Part shown: one piece after another, positions 28,551 through 37,807 of the stretch
How the letters are laid out: the number at the start of each line of letters is the position of its first letter
Position numbering within the stretch: position 1 is the first letter of the stretch
From: a virus
Direction: 5' to 3' (one strand)
DNA: 64,000 nucleotides
Virus record (IMG/VR): IMGVR_UViG_3300005836_000049
Location: 4,734 to 68,733 of that record
Notes under the pieces: model-generated
Database searches by the model: none
The model's input: only the letters and a program-made list of their open reading frames with translations
Told to the model about the DNA's origin: nothing
Position numbers and translations under genes: made by a program

Positions 28551-29498
28551 ATGAGCACTCTCATGCGCAGCGACATCCACCGCCCCTCCACCATGGTCCC
28601 GAGCGAGTACACCCTCGCGATCGACTTCGCCATGGCAGTCCCGGAGTTGTTCCAGCCTGACCTCTTCGTGAAGGAGGCCCAGGAGATCTACCGCGAGCAC
28701 GGTGCCCAGATCCACGGCGGCATCTTCAGCTGCGACGTCTGCGGCGCCCGCTACAAGTACGGCAGCCTGTTCCGCCACGAGCCCACTGGGCAGGTCATCA
28801 GCGTCGGCCACGACTGTGCCGAGCGGCTCGAGTTCGCCGGCGACTTCGGGTCCGCCCAGCGCGAGGCCAAGCGACTCGGCCTGCTGGGCATCGAGCGCTT
28901 CGAGCGCTACTGCGGCCTGCGCGCCTTCGCTCGCGCCAATCGCATCGTCCCCAGCCTCATGCGCGACCTCAAGCTCAAGCACCCCATCACACAGGACATC
29001 CGCCGCAAGCTGATCGGCACGGGCGCCCGCTACGGTCTCACCCCCAAGCAGATCTCACTGGTCGTCAAGCTCGCCTACGACGCTCGCCAGCCTGCTGAGA
29101 AGCATGTCCCTGTCCCGATTGTCGATGGTCGCCAGCGCATCGAGGGTGTCGTGGTCGGCACCAAGATCCAGGAGTCCGACTACGGTGACCAGTTGAAGAT
29201 GACCGTCAAGGTCGTCACGCCGGAAGGCAGCTGGCTCGTGTACGGCAGCGTGCCGTCTTCTCTCTCGCAGGCGGCTTCCGAGGTCGATGACAAGCTCTAC
29301 TGCGACTGGTCGGCCTCGATGAACGCCTACCCGCACGAGACCCTTCCGGAATACAAGGCACGCGTGGGCGGTCAGATGCCGCCTGAGCGCAAGGGCATCA
29401 AGGGTCACACGGTCAGCTTCGAGGCCAAGCTGCAGGCCGGTCGCGACCCGCACTTCGCCTTCTTCAGCCGCCCGACCAAGGCGAAGATCATCGGATGA
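28551..29498 (+). CDS. Hypothetical protein with Cys-rich N-terminal (CDVCG...HDC) zinc-binding-like region
   Basis: 315 aa. 3' end converges with and overlaps the protease gene by 11 nt. Confidence 0.5.
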   Translation: MSTLMRSDIHRPSTMVPSEYTLAIDFAMAVPELFQPDLFVKEAQEIYREHGAQIHGGIFSCDVCGARYKYGSLFRHEPTGQVISVGHDCAERLEFAGDFGSAQREAKRLGLLGIERFERYCGLRAFARANRIVPSLMRDLKLKHPITQDIRRKLIGTGARYGLTPKQISLVVKLAYDARQPAEKHVPVPIVDGRQRIEGVVVGTKIQESDYGDQLKMTVKVVTPEGSWLVYGSVPSSLSQAASEVDDKLYCDWSASMNAYPHETLPEYKARVGGQMPPERKGIKGHTVSFEAKLQAGRDPHFAFFSRPTKAKIIG

Positions 29499-30138
29499 GC
29501 AGGCCTCGCTGACCAAGGCGAAGGAGCCAACCCTTCGCCTTGCACAGCGGATGGTAGAGTGCGTGGTGGAACACGTAGACCGGCGGCATGCCGAAGCTCT
29601 CGACGACCTCGATCGCAGCAGCGACTCCGAACACGCGCCCTTGCTCGTCGATCATTGGCCCACCCGAGTCGCCCATGACCGTGGGCACGGTGGCCTTGCC
29701 TCCGCCGCAGGCCAGACCCTCTTGCATCCACCACTCGTCGTTGGGTCCACCGTAGCCTGCGAGGTAGACCTGCTCACCCGGGGCAGGCTCGTCATCGAGG
29801 CGCAAGGTCACGCACTGGATGGGGAACGTGCTCAGCACCCGAACGACTGCGAGGTCCTGCGGGATGTTCCGCTCGAGTACCATGCCATCGCGGATCAGAG
29901 TGCCTTCGCGCTCCACTGCCCATCCTGCTGGTTGCTGATCGATGATGTGGTCAGCGGTCAAGAACAGGACCTCAAATTGAGACGGACCGAGTTCGTTGCA
30001 GCTGATCGGGAAGCAAGTGCCGCGACCGAGCATGCCTTGGAGCTTCCATGCGTTCACCGCTGTGGCGGTCGCTTGCTTGTGCCGAAGCGAGACGCACCCG
30101 ATCAGAACTAGACACAGAACGATCCAGAGTCTCTTCAT
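29488..30138 (-). CDS. Trypsin-like serine protease lipoprotein (opposite-strand moron)
   Basis: Signal peptide with lipobox LIGC. Catalytic triad motifs TADH, DLAVV, GDSGGP. The only minus-strand gene inside a 35-kb + strand block. Confidence 0.7.
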   Translation of the reverse strand: MKRLWIVLCLVLIGCVSLRHKQATATAVNAWKLQGMLGRGTCFPISCNELGPSQFEVLFLTADHIIDQQPAGWAVEREGTLIRDGMVLERNIPQDLAVVRVLSTFPIQCVTLRLDDEPAPGEQVYLAGYGGPNDEWWMQEGLACGGGKATVPTVMGDSGGPMIDEQGRVFGVAAAIEVVESFGMPPVYVFHHALYHPLCKAKGWLLRLGQRGLLIR

Positions 30139-30244
30139 GTCCTGATCGTACTCCTGGAAGGGGGGAAGCGAAAGGCGCACAGATCGGGTAGGATGGCAAA
30201 CAGGGCGCGAGCCCTCCTTGCGAAGGGAGGTGATCGAATCTGAG

Positions 30245-30296
30245 GGGGTGGAAGACCCCCAGCCGGGGAATCCAGGGGGGTTCCCCGGCTTTTCGA
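30245..30296 (+). terminator. Tandem GC hairpins (gggggtggaagaccccc, then gccggggaatccaggggggttccccggc) followed by TTTT
   Basis: Read directly. Located in the protease upstream region / before gene 30323. A third hairpin ccctccttgcgaagggagg lies at 30212-30230. Confidence 0.4.
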
Positions 30297-30322
30297 GGTA
30301 GGCTAGGAACAAGGAAGCCACC

Positions 30323-30589
30323 ATGACCAATTCGGACCTCGACGCTTACCTGGCGTCACCTGAGAAATCGACTCGCTGCCGTACTTGCCAAGAACATCCT
30401 GAACTCCTTGACGTGATCGTAGAGTTCTTGGGTCGCAAGGAGAACGGTGAGCACCACCTGCCCACGCAAGGCAAGAAGTCTCTTCACTCGTTTCTGCAGA
30501 CCAAGGGATTCAAGCTCAAGCCACGATGCTTGATCTACCACATCACCAGCTGCCTGAAGCTCGACCACCGAACGGGGAGAACCCTTTGA
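30323..30589 (+). CDS. Small Cys/His-rich protein (zinc-finger-like)
   Basis: RCRTCQEHPE...HHLP...CLIYHITSC. SD ctaggaacaaggaag. Confidence 0.4.
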   Translation: MTNSDLDAYLASPEKSTRCRTCQEHPELLDVIVEFLGRKENGEHHLPTQGKKSLHSFLQTKGFKLKPRCLIYHITSCLKLDHRTGRTL

Positions 30590-31875
30590 ACAACAAGGAC
30601 GACCTCAACAACTTCCTCGCGGCGCCGGACACGGTGCGCGCCAATGAGACCGAGCGGCGCAAGTACCTGTCGCGCAAGGCGAAGGAGAAGGCTGAGGAGG
30701 AGCGCGAGCGCGCGACCAAGGCGAAGAACAAGCCAACGATCGAGGACATGTTGGCCGACCTCGTGCGCTGCGCCGAAGACCCCGACACGAACCCCTTCCA
30801 CGCCTTCCGCACTCTGAGCCGGAAGCGCTACAAACAGTTCGGGTTCTATCCGATCGAGTTCATCGACGACGAGTTCGGTCAGTTCGAGCACGCCAAGCAA
30901 GTCGCCGGTCTCGAAGATCAGCCCGGCACGCGCGCGAAGAAGGCAGCGCGCGCCGAGCAGTCACGCAAGCAGCACGCGGGTCGCTACATCGAGCGGTACA
31001 TCACGCCGAACGTGTACCGACCAGATGACCGCGAGCACACCGACACGGTGTGCTTGCTGTCCATCAGTGACACCCATGCGACGTTCCTCGATCCGTTCAC
31101 TTGGGCGTGTTTCCTCCGCGCCATCGATCACCTCAAGCCGGACATCATCTACTTCAACGGTGACATCTTGGAAGGCGGGGAGATCAGCCGCTACCCGAAG
31201 ATCCCCGGCTGGACGGTCCCGCTGCAGCTGGAGTTCGACTTCGCGCGCGAGATGATGCGCCAGACCCGCGCACGGGCGCCGGACGCGGACATCATCTGGG
31301 GCGCGGGCAACCACGGACTCGATCGCATCGCCATGTACCTGACGCAGGTCGCGCCAGCCTTCTCCAAGCTGCGCAACCTCCGCTTCGACAAGCTGGCGGG
31401 TGTCGAGGAGTACGGTATCAAGCTCTCGCAGGGCGGAACGATTGCGTCCCCGGCAGGGACCGAGGATGCCCAACCCGGCACGCTCTTCTACGGGTTCTAT
31501 GTGGTCCACCACGGCACTCTGCTCGGCGAGAGTCCGTACCTGAGTGAACTGCGGGTCGCGGGTCGCTCAGGTCAGTCCGGCCACGTTCACCGGGCTGGAC
31601 TGGCCTACTCCTCCAACGAGGTCAACTCCGCGATCTCGTGGATGAGCACGCCGATGGGATGCACTCCGCGTGCTGGACGCTCCTACATGAAGGGTCGGCA
31701 CACTGGTTGGCAGCGCGGCTTCGGTGTCGCCTTCCTGCATCCTGGCGGACGCGTCCACCAGTACCCTGTCGTGACCGAGGGTGGCGTCTGCACCTTCGAA
31801 GGTCTCGTGCTGGAGGACCCCGGCTACAAGGAACCGGATCCGAGCAAGCTCTGGCTCCCGGAGTTCAAGCCTTGA
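30526..31875 (+). CDS. Calcineurin-like metallophosphoesterase (true start possibly TTG 30586, overlapping upstream TGA)
   Basis: Motifs ISDTHA, FNGDILEGG, GAGNHG, HHGTL. 449-aa ORF. Confidence 0.6.
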   Translation: MLDLPHHQLPEARPPNGENPLNNKDDLNNFLAAPDTVRANETERRKYLSRKAKEKAEEERERATKAKNKPTIEDMLADLVRCAEDPDTNPFHAFRTLSRKRYKQFGFYPIEFIDDEFGQFEHAKQVAGLEDQPGTRAKKAARAEQSRKQHAGRYIERYITPNVYRPDDREHTDTVCLLSISDTHATFLDPFTWACFLRAIDHLKPDIIYFNGDILEGGEISRYPKIPGWTVPLQLEFDFAREMMRQTRARAPDADIIWGAGNHGLDRIAMYLTQVAPAFSKLRNLRFDKLAGVEEYGIKLSQGGTIASPAGTEDAQPGTLFYGFYVVHHGTLLGESPYLSELRVAGRSGQSGHVHRAGLAYSSNEVNSAISWMSTPMGCTPRAGRSYMKGRHTGWQRGFGVAFLHPGGRVHQYPVVTEGGVCTFEGLVLEDPGYKEPDPSKLWLPEFKP

Positions 31876-32456
31876 GCTTCGGCGAACTGCTCGCAAACCT
31901 GATGGGCTGGCTGGGCGAGACCATCCAGTGGATCATCTCGTTCGTGCCGCGCTACTTGATCGTGCGCCACAACGAGCGCGCGGTGCTCTACATCGGCGGA
32001 GGAGAGCCGGTCGAGAGGGGTCCAGGACTCCATTGGTACTGGCCTTGGCGCACAGCAACGATCAAGCACCCATCGAGCACGTTCGTCCTCCGAATCCCAG
32101 CAATCTCCATGGAAACGAAGGACGGGATCGCCGTGACCGTGGGCATGGTGGTGGTCGCGCGGATCAACAAGGTCCTCAAGTACGAGGTCGAGAACTTCGA
32201 CCCTGACCAGAACATGGTTGAGTCTGCCCAAGGGGCGCTGCGCAACATCATCTCGGAGTTGACGTGGGAGCGCTTGCGAGGCGACTCGACCGAAGGGTCT
32301 GTGCTCGACAAGATGCTCTCCCTGCGCATGAGCCGGGAGTTGACGCGGTTCGGGGTCGAGGTCCTGACGTGTCGGCCCAACGACCAGGTCCGCATCGGCT
32401 GGACCGGGCGCCTGTTCGGCGTCCATGGGATGGACGAGAAGATAGATCAATTGTAG
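31872..32456 (+). CDS. SPFH/band-7 (stomatin/HflK-C-like) domain protein
   Basis: tTGa start-stop overlap. N-terminal hydrophobic segment, then VLYIGGGEPVERGPGLHWYWPW...METKDGIAVTVGMVV, characteristic of SPFH domains. Confidence 0.5.
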   Translation: MSFGELLANLMGWLGETIQWIISFVPRYLIVRHNERAVLYIGGGEPVERGPGLHWYWPWRTATIKHPSSTFVLRIPAISMETKDGIAVTVGMVVVARINKVLKYEVENFDPDQNMVESAQGALRNIISELTWERLRGDSTEGSVLDKMLSLRMSRELTRFGVEVLTCRPNDQVRIGWTGRLFGVHGMDEKIDQL

Positions 32457-32507
32457 AATCTACCGTCCCCTCGTTGAAGACGAGGGTACGCTAAGCTCAG
32501 GAAGCCA

Positions 32508-32903
32508 ATGTCTGACGTACACGATGACGTGTCTGCCTTCCATCGGAAGTTCGGACACCCTGCTCCGGTAGATCCGCATCTGCCCTCGCTCGAGCTCATG
32601 AGCTTCCGCAAGAAGCTCCTGCGCGAGGAGTGTGAGGAGTTGTGCGCGGCCATCGACGCCAGAGATCCTGGCGCGATCGCTGCCGAGGCGGTCGATCTCG
32701 TGTACGTGGCCGTGGGCACGCTCGTGATGTGTGGCCTGAAGTTCTCCCCCTTCTGGGACCTCGTCCAGGCCGCCAACATGGCGAAGGCGCCGAACCCGAC
32801 CGGAGGCAAGCCGCTCAAGCCTGCTGGCTGGAAGAAGCCGGACTGCGGAGCGCTGATTCCGGTCTGGACAGACGACGAGGTCGACAACATCTGGGACGAC
32901 TGA
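32508..32903 (+). CDS. MazG-like nucleoside triphosphate pyrophosphohydrolase
   Basis: EExxE metal-binding helices (LREECEEL, AAEAVDLVY). 131 aa. SD caggaagcc. Confidence 0.6.
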   Translation: MSDVHDDVSAFHRKFGHPAPVDPHLPSLELMSFRKKLLREECEELCAAIDARDPGAIAAEAVDLVYVAVGTLVMCGLKFSPFWDLVQAANMAKAPNPTGGKPLKPAGWKKPDCGALIPVWTDDEVDNIWDD

Positions 32904-32905
32904 TC

Positions 32906-33103
32906 ATGAACAACCCTCTTCGATTCCTCGCAACCATGCTCGCACTCGGCTCGCCGGACAAGTTCGACGAGTTGGACAACCGCCGGTTCAACTCGGCCGT
33001 GAAGCGTCCCAAGACCCCGGCGCAGATGCGTCGGCGCCGCAAGGGCATCGCCGGGCGCAAGCATCGCAAGCTCGTCCGTCGCATGGAGAGGGCACGCGCG
33101 TGA
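32906..33103 (+). CDS. Small basic protein
   Basis: 65 aa, very Arg/Lys-rich C-terminus. Confidence 0.3.
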   Translation: MNNPLRFLATMLALGSPDKFDELDNRRFNSAVKRPKTPAQMRRRRKGIAGRKHRKLVRRMERARA

Positions 33104-33345
33104 AGTGCGCCTGCGCAGGCATGCGGAAGCGCTTCAAGTACCACACCAAGCATTGGTGCGGTGCCGGCGACGGAGCGAAGCTGCAGCACCGCATTGATCT
33201 CCGCGAGCGCCGGGTGGTGAGAGAGGCTATGCGTGAAGCAGCAGCCTCTCTCGCCCTGGGCATGGACACCGACACTCCGCTATTCAAGGCGTGCGTGTCC
33301 CTCGCGAAGCTGCAGAAGAAGGCGATCCGTGCCGCAAACAAGTGA
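33100..33345 (+). CDS. Small hypothetical protein
   Basis: 81 aa, overlapping start. Confidence 0.3.
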   Translation: MKCACAGMRKRFKYHTKHWCGAGDGAKLQHRIDLRERRVVREAMREAAASLALGMDTDTPLFKACVSLAKLQKKAIRAANK

Positions 33346-33370
33346 TGCTCGTCGGAAGCGCTGGCCTGGG

Positions 33371-33685
33371 ATGGACGGTCAAGCCATCGTGTACTTGGAG
33401 AAGCACGGGTTCGTCCGTGACGAGAACTGGTCGTGGTACTTGCCCAAGCCAGGACACGTGCTGACGCGTCGCGAGCGCGATGCCGTGATCTATCTCCAGG
33501 AAGAGTGGGACTGGGGTGGGGTGAGGACGGTCGCGCTTGCCGAAGACCTCGAGCAGGCGGTCGTCGCTTGGCGCGAGGAGACGAAGGTCAAGCACGTCAA
33601 GGACTGCGGCTGCGAACTCTGCTGTCGGCTCGGGCGCCTCGCCGACTTCCTGATCAGGACCAAGAGCTTGAGGATCAAGGCGTGA
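33371..33685 (+). CDS. Hypothetical protein
   Basis: 104 aa (ATG 33371). Confidence 0.35.
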   Translation: MDGQAIVYLEKHGFVRDENWSWYLPKPGHVLTRRERDAVIYLQEEWDWGGVRTVALAEDLEQAVVAWREETKVKHVKDCGCELCCRLGRLADFLIRTKSLRIKA

Positions 33686-33861
33686 GTCTCGAGGAACATC
33701 GCAAGCTGCTCGAGATCCGGCTGAAGAGCAAGCGCGGAGGGATGCTCACAGATGCGGAGCACATCTTCTGCCGCAACATGTACCTCGACCACCCCGAGGA
33801 GTACAAGGCCATGAACGCAGAAGTGCAGGCCGAGGTCATGAAGGACTTCAACCCATCATGA
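33682..33861 (+). CDS. Small hypothetical protein
   Basis: GTGA overlap, 59 aa. Confidence 0.3.
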   Translation: MSLEEHRKLLEIRLKSKRGGMLTDAEHIFCRNMYLDHPEEYKAMNAEVQAEVMKDFNPS

Positions 33862-34451
33862 CGCTCTTCCTCCTCAATGGTCCGCCCCGGTCCGGCAAGG
33901 ACACGGTGGCGCAGATGATCGATGCGATCCTTCCGAAGACCGCGCACTGGAAGCTCTCCGACCAGCTGAAGGAACGCACGCACGCCTTCTACAAGCTCGT
34001 CACGTATGACGGTCGCCCCCGCAGTGCTGGCGCGTTCGAACACGTCAAGGACGTTCCGTCTCCGTTGTTCTTCGGCCTGACCCCGCGCCAAGCGTACATC
34101 GAGATGCACGAGCGCTACCTCAAGCCGGTCCACGGACCCGCGATTCTTGGGCAGCTACTCGTGTCGTGCATAGCACATCCTCTCGTTGCGCGCTCCAAGC
34201 ACATCGTCGTGTCCGATGCCGGCGATGTCGAGCAGTGTCTTCCACTCGTGAGCCTCTGCGGTGCCGAGAACACCGTGCTGATCCATCTGGATCGAGTAGG
34301 CTGCGAGTGGGACAACAGGGTAAGATTTTCTCTCCCCAACGTCCGGACCGTCCCCCTGGACAACTCATGCGACCTCCCCACCCTCCGAACCCGGGTTCAG
34401 GCGATTCTCTACCGGGAATCACCATTCCCTTCCGATCCCTCCTCCGGCTAG
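33858..34451 (+). CDS. Deoxynucleoside monophosphate kinase (T4 gp1-like)
   Basis: N-terminus MTLFLLNGPPRSGKDT matches the T4 Dnk P-loop (LSGVKRSGKDT). Confidence 0.65.
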   Translation: MTLFLLNGPPRSGKDTVAQMIDAILPKTAHWKLSDQLKERTHAFYKLVTYDGRPRSAGAFEHVKDVPSPLFFGLTPRQAYIEMHERYLKPVHGPAILGQLLVSCIAHPLVARSKHIVVSDAGDVEQCLPLVSLCGAENTVLIHLDRVGCEWDNRVRFSLPNVRTVPLDNSCDLPTLRTRVQAILYRESPFPSDPSSG

Positions 34452-34506
34452 TGCTCGTCAGCATCGGCCTCTGGCTGCTCATCTTCCACTACCTCGGACT
34501 CATCCC

Positions 34507-34995
34507 ATGAAGAACGTTCTGCTGTCTCTGATCTTGCTGCTCGGCCTGACCTCCTGCCTCGCCAACAAGGTGAACAACGACACCTTGATGCCGATGGCGC
34601 GCGACATCTGGCCCAACGTGCGTGTAGACTACTCGCGCGGTCTCGATGACGGTGTGGTCAAGGGGGACTTGAGCACGGAGCAACGCTCCGTTCTCGAGTC
34701 CTACGCTGACCGGCTCGGCACCGCGCTGAAGAACGCCAACGTGGTCGAGCTCATGTCCCTCCCGTGGGACACTGTCATGCGCCCCTGGGCTGACCGAGGC
34801 ATCGCTGCCGAAGTCGCTGCCGGTGAACTCGGCATCAACGGCGCCAAGATTCTCTTTCAACGGGTCGAGAACTTCACCAACGTCATCGTCACCATCCAAG
34901 GCAAGGTCGTCGGCCTCTTCAATCCCCGTGTCGTGACCGACGCACGACTCTCCCAACTCGTGGACCATCGAGTCCGTGTCTGGGCGAACAACTGA
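34507..34995 (+). CDS. Lipoprotein
   Basis: Signal peptide MKNVLLSLILLLGLTSC with lipobox LTSC. Confidence 0.55.
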   Translation: MKNVLLSLILLLGLTSCLANKVNNDTLMPMARDIWPNVRVDYSRGLDDGVVKGDLSTEQRSVLESYADRLGTALKNANVVELMSLPWDTVMRPWADRGIAAEVAAGELGINGAKILFQRVENFTNVIVTIQGKVVGLFNPRVVTDARLSQLVDHRVRVWANN

Positions 34996-35003
34996 GCACT
35001 CCC

Positions 35004-35288
35004 ATGGCCAACCCCAACGAACTCCTCTCCCTCCTCGCCGACTCCGCCAAGGAGACCGGGCGCAACCTCGACCTGTCTCAGCAGAAGCTGCGCGAGGTCG
35101 TCGCCACCCAGATGGCTCAGCTGGCCCTTGCGGTCGGCGAACCCGGCTACGAACGCGCGGTCGTCGCGGCTCGCGACGTCATCGCCTTGGCCGCAGGCCT
35201 CCAGCTGCACGCCAATGCCGCAGCGGCAGACCAACGCATCGTCGGCGTGATCCAGGGTGCCCTCTTCTTCGGAGCCAAGGCTCTGTGA
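35004..35288 (+). CDS. Hypothetical protein
   Basis: 94 aa, Ala-rich. Confidence 0.35.
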   Translation: MANPNELLSLLADSAKETGRNLDLSQQKLREVVATQMAQLALAVGEPGYERAVVAARDVIALAAGLQLHANAAAADQRIVGVIQGALFFGAKAL

Positions 35289-35629
35289 AGCTGGTCTTCA
35301 CCAACCCCCTCGGTCTGTTCGGACGGTTCGCTACGGTACGTCACGTGGCGACCGTGGAACTCCCCGTGCCGAACTCCGATGTCGAACTCTACGACGTCAA
35401 GGGCAACCTGCTCGGCGTCGCGGAGTTCAAGGACGCGTGGATCGGCGACCTCGCCTTGATCCCCGCGTCCCTGTTGGAGATGGACCAGAACCCTCTCCAT
35501 CGCACCTACTCCGGCCTGATCATGGGCCTGCGGACCTCGGGCGAGTACGAGTGGATCGCTCCCGAGACCAAGGTGACCTGTCTGATCCTCGACTTCAAGC
35601 GCACTTCCAAGATCGAACTCCTCCGATGA
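35285..35629 (+). CDS. Hypothetical protein
   Basis: GTGA overlap, 114 aa. Confidence 0.35.
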   Translation: MKLVFTNPLGLFGRFATVRHVATVELPVPNSDVELYDVKGNLLGVAEFKDAWIGDLALIPASLLEMDQNPLHRTYSGLIMGLRTSGEYEWIAPETKVTCLILDFKRTSKIELLR

Positions 35630-36057
35630 GAGTCAACAAACTGTTCTTCTCCGGGCGCCTCTGTCGCGACCCGGAAGTCCGTTTCACCGCCGGCAGCGAC
35701 GCGGTGGTGGGCATCACCCTAGCCCAGGATACCGTCAAGAAGCAGGGCAACGAGTGGATCAAGGGCGAAGCGATCTTCGTCGATGCGACCATCTGGGGCA
35801 AGCGAGGCGAGGCATTCGCTCGCCATCACCAGAAGGGTGACATGGCGCTGATCGAAGGGCGCCTGCGCCTCGACCGCTGGGAGGACTCGAAGACCGGCGA
35901 GAAGCGCCAGAAGCTGAAGATCGACGTCATCGACTGGCACTTCGCGAAGAGCGAGAGTTCGCCGGACAACGAGGGTCCTCCCGGGTCTGCGAGTCATCCC
36001 GGCGGGGACTACCCTCGATCTGCGGTTCCCCCGAACGCGGACGACACGCCGTTCTGA
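35626..36057 (+). CDS. ssb: Single-stranded DNA-binding protein (OB-fold)
   Basis: N-terminal MRVNKLFFSGRLCRDPEVRFTAGSDAVVGITLA. WGKRGE...LIEGRL. Acidic C-terminal tail ...DDTPF (compare DDDIPF). Confidence 0.75.
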   Translation: MRVNKLFFSGRLCRDPEVRFTAGSDAVVGITLAQDTVKKQGNEWIKGEAIFVDATIWGKRGEAFARHHQKGDMALIEGRLRLDRWEDSKTGEKRQKLKIDVIDWHFAKSESSPDNEGPPGSASHPGGDYPRSAVPPNADDTPF

Positions 36058-36089
36058 GACCTGCGAGGTAGGATTCAGCGCTCGCGCGC

Positions 36090-36821
36090 TTGGAAGCCAT
36101 GAAGAAGATCAGCTGGTCGGTGACTCTGAAGGGTCGAGAGGTCGATGGGGGATGCCTCACGGCGGTCTCTGAGCGCGATGCCCTCGAGAAGCTGATGGCC
36201 AGACCGATGAAGGTGAAGGCCACTGAATCGTACGTTGTACGAGTCGGTGGCCTGGTCGCTTCCGCCTACGGTGACGAGTTCGTCGGAGTGTCTGCGGCTT
36301 CCGGTCTGGACGACACGAAGCTCGAGGGTGACCACCTGTTCCGCACCTTGAAGAAAGGCGGAGTCGGGTTCTGTCCCCATAGCTCGATGAACCGCGATTT
36401 CTGGATCGGCAGTCACAAGTACGCTGCCTGCGATGACTGCGACTTCGTGAACCTGGACACGTGCATTGACGTCAGTCTTGATCACGTTGTTCGGATAGAT
36501 TCGGACTCAGACCGCGAGCGCGAGAAGAAGGCGTTGAGGCTCAGCTGTGCGCACAACGATCTTCGGGAGGCGTCGATTGCATTGAACGGCATGTCCACCC
36601 AAGCGTGCCGCGACTGCGGAAAGATCGTCACCTCACTTGCGATAGCGAGCAGCGATCCCCGTACCTGCGGGCATCCCGTGATCCGTCGCTTCGACAACGC
36701 GGCTGGAGTCTCGTGGGATTGCCCTGACTGCAAGAAAATGTACCGTTACCCGACCAAGGTCGTCGGCAAGCTCCTCCGTCGGAGCATTCACCCTATCCAC
36801 ATCCGCCAGAATCTCTCATGA
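36090..36821 (+). CDS. Cys-rich hypothetical protein
   Basis: 243 aa with multiple CxxC pairs (CDDCDF, CRDCG, CPDCKK). Confidence 0.45.
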   Translation: MEAMKKISWSVTLKGREVDGGCLTAVSERDALEKLMARPMKVKATESYVVRVGGLVASAYGDEFVGVSAASGLDDTKLEGDHLFRTLKKGGVGFCPHSSMNRDFWIGSHKYAACDDCDFVNLDTCIDVSLDHVVRIDSDSDREREKKALRLSCAHNDLREASIALNGMSTQACRDCGKIVTSLAIASSDPRTCGHPVIRRFDNAAGVSWDCPDCKKMYRYPTKVVGKLLRRSIHPIHIRQNLS

Positions 36822-37807
36822 TCAAGCTCTCTCACTCGCCCTACTCCAAGTTCAAGGTCGTCACCATGATGGACATGAACAAGCCCAAGGACTACCGGCG
36901 ATGGGAGTTGGACGATAGGGATACCGTCGGCTCCATCTTCTCCAACAGGAACGAGAAGGGTTGCTTCCTGATCGGTCTCGCTGACGACGAGAAGATCGTG
37001 GTCGCCTACCTGAACGACGACTGGCAGCTGGTTGGAACCGGGGACGGAGGAATAGCCCTCGCGGCTCTCTGGCACCTGTACATCATCCCGGGCGAAGTGC
37101 CCGAACCACGGCGCAAGGTCGGGGACCGTGTCTGGATCGCCTCTGTCGAACGCTCTTCCGAGAAGACCGACTGTCCCGATTGCTTGGGCCAACGCACTTG
37201 GCGCGCCATCTCACGAGCCGGATTCGAAACGACGGTCGAATGCCCTCGCTGTCATGGTGGAGGCAAGATCGAAGTGCTCACTTGGATCGGTGTCGCGCGC
37301 GAGTTCAAGATCGGTTCCATCCAAGTCCGGACTGCGATCGACTACCACGGCGGTTGTGTGGCCTACTACGACGGCGACAACTGCTGCGGACACACGCTCC
37401 AGGAGTGGGACGTCTACTCGAACGAGGAGGAGGCGCGCGCTGCTTCGCAGGTTCGCTTGGAGGACTACCTTGCTCGCTTGCCGGAACGGGAGGTCAAGGC
37501 GATGAACCTCGCGCGCGAACTCCGTCTGTATCAGATCAAGGACGCGGAGATCGAGAAGATGCAGTCTGAGCTCTGGGACACCAGCTACCGGCTCAGGCGC
37601 ATGCGCGAGAGGATCCTCGAGCTCGACAGCGGTGGGACGAAGTACGTGGGCAACCATCTCGGGAAGTTCGGTGACGACGAGGGGACCGTGGAAGTGACCG
37701 AAGAACAACTGCGTGCTGTCGCGAACGAGTTGATGTGGATCAACGACGAGGACGCGCAGTGGTTGAACGACGCTCGTGAGGAGCGTGAGAAGGAGTGCAA
37801 GTGCTGA
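36818..37807 (+). CDS. Hypothetical protein with zinc ribbon and C-terminal coiled coil
   Basis: CPDCLG...CPRCHGGG. 329 aa. ATGA overlap. Confidence 0.45.
   Translation: MIKLSHSPYSKFKVVTMMDMNKPKDYRRWELDDRDTVGSIFSNRNEKGCFLIGLADDEKIVVAYLNDDWQLVGTGDGGIALAALWHLYIIPGEVPEPRRKVGDRVWIASVERSSEKTDCPDCLGQRTWRAISRAGFETTVECPRCHGGGKIEVLTWIGVAREFKIGSIQVRTAIDYHGGCVAYYDGDNCCGHTLQEWDVYSNEEEARAASQVRLEDYLARLPEREVKAMNLARELRLYQIKDAEIEKMQSELWDTSYRLRRMRERILELDSGGTKYVGNHLGKFGDDEGTVEVTEEQLRAVANELMWINDEDAQWLNDAREEREKECKC

Noticed and set aside
29551-30111. 186-aa + strand ORF overlapping the protease gene
   Set aside because: Antisense to an ORF with a complete signal peptide and serine-protease catalytic triad. No start context. 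Would break the otherwise consistent coupling pattern.
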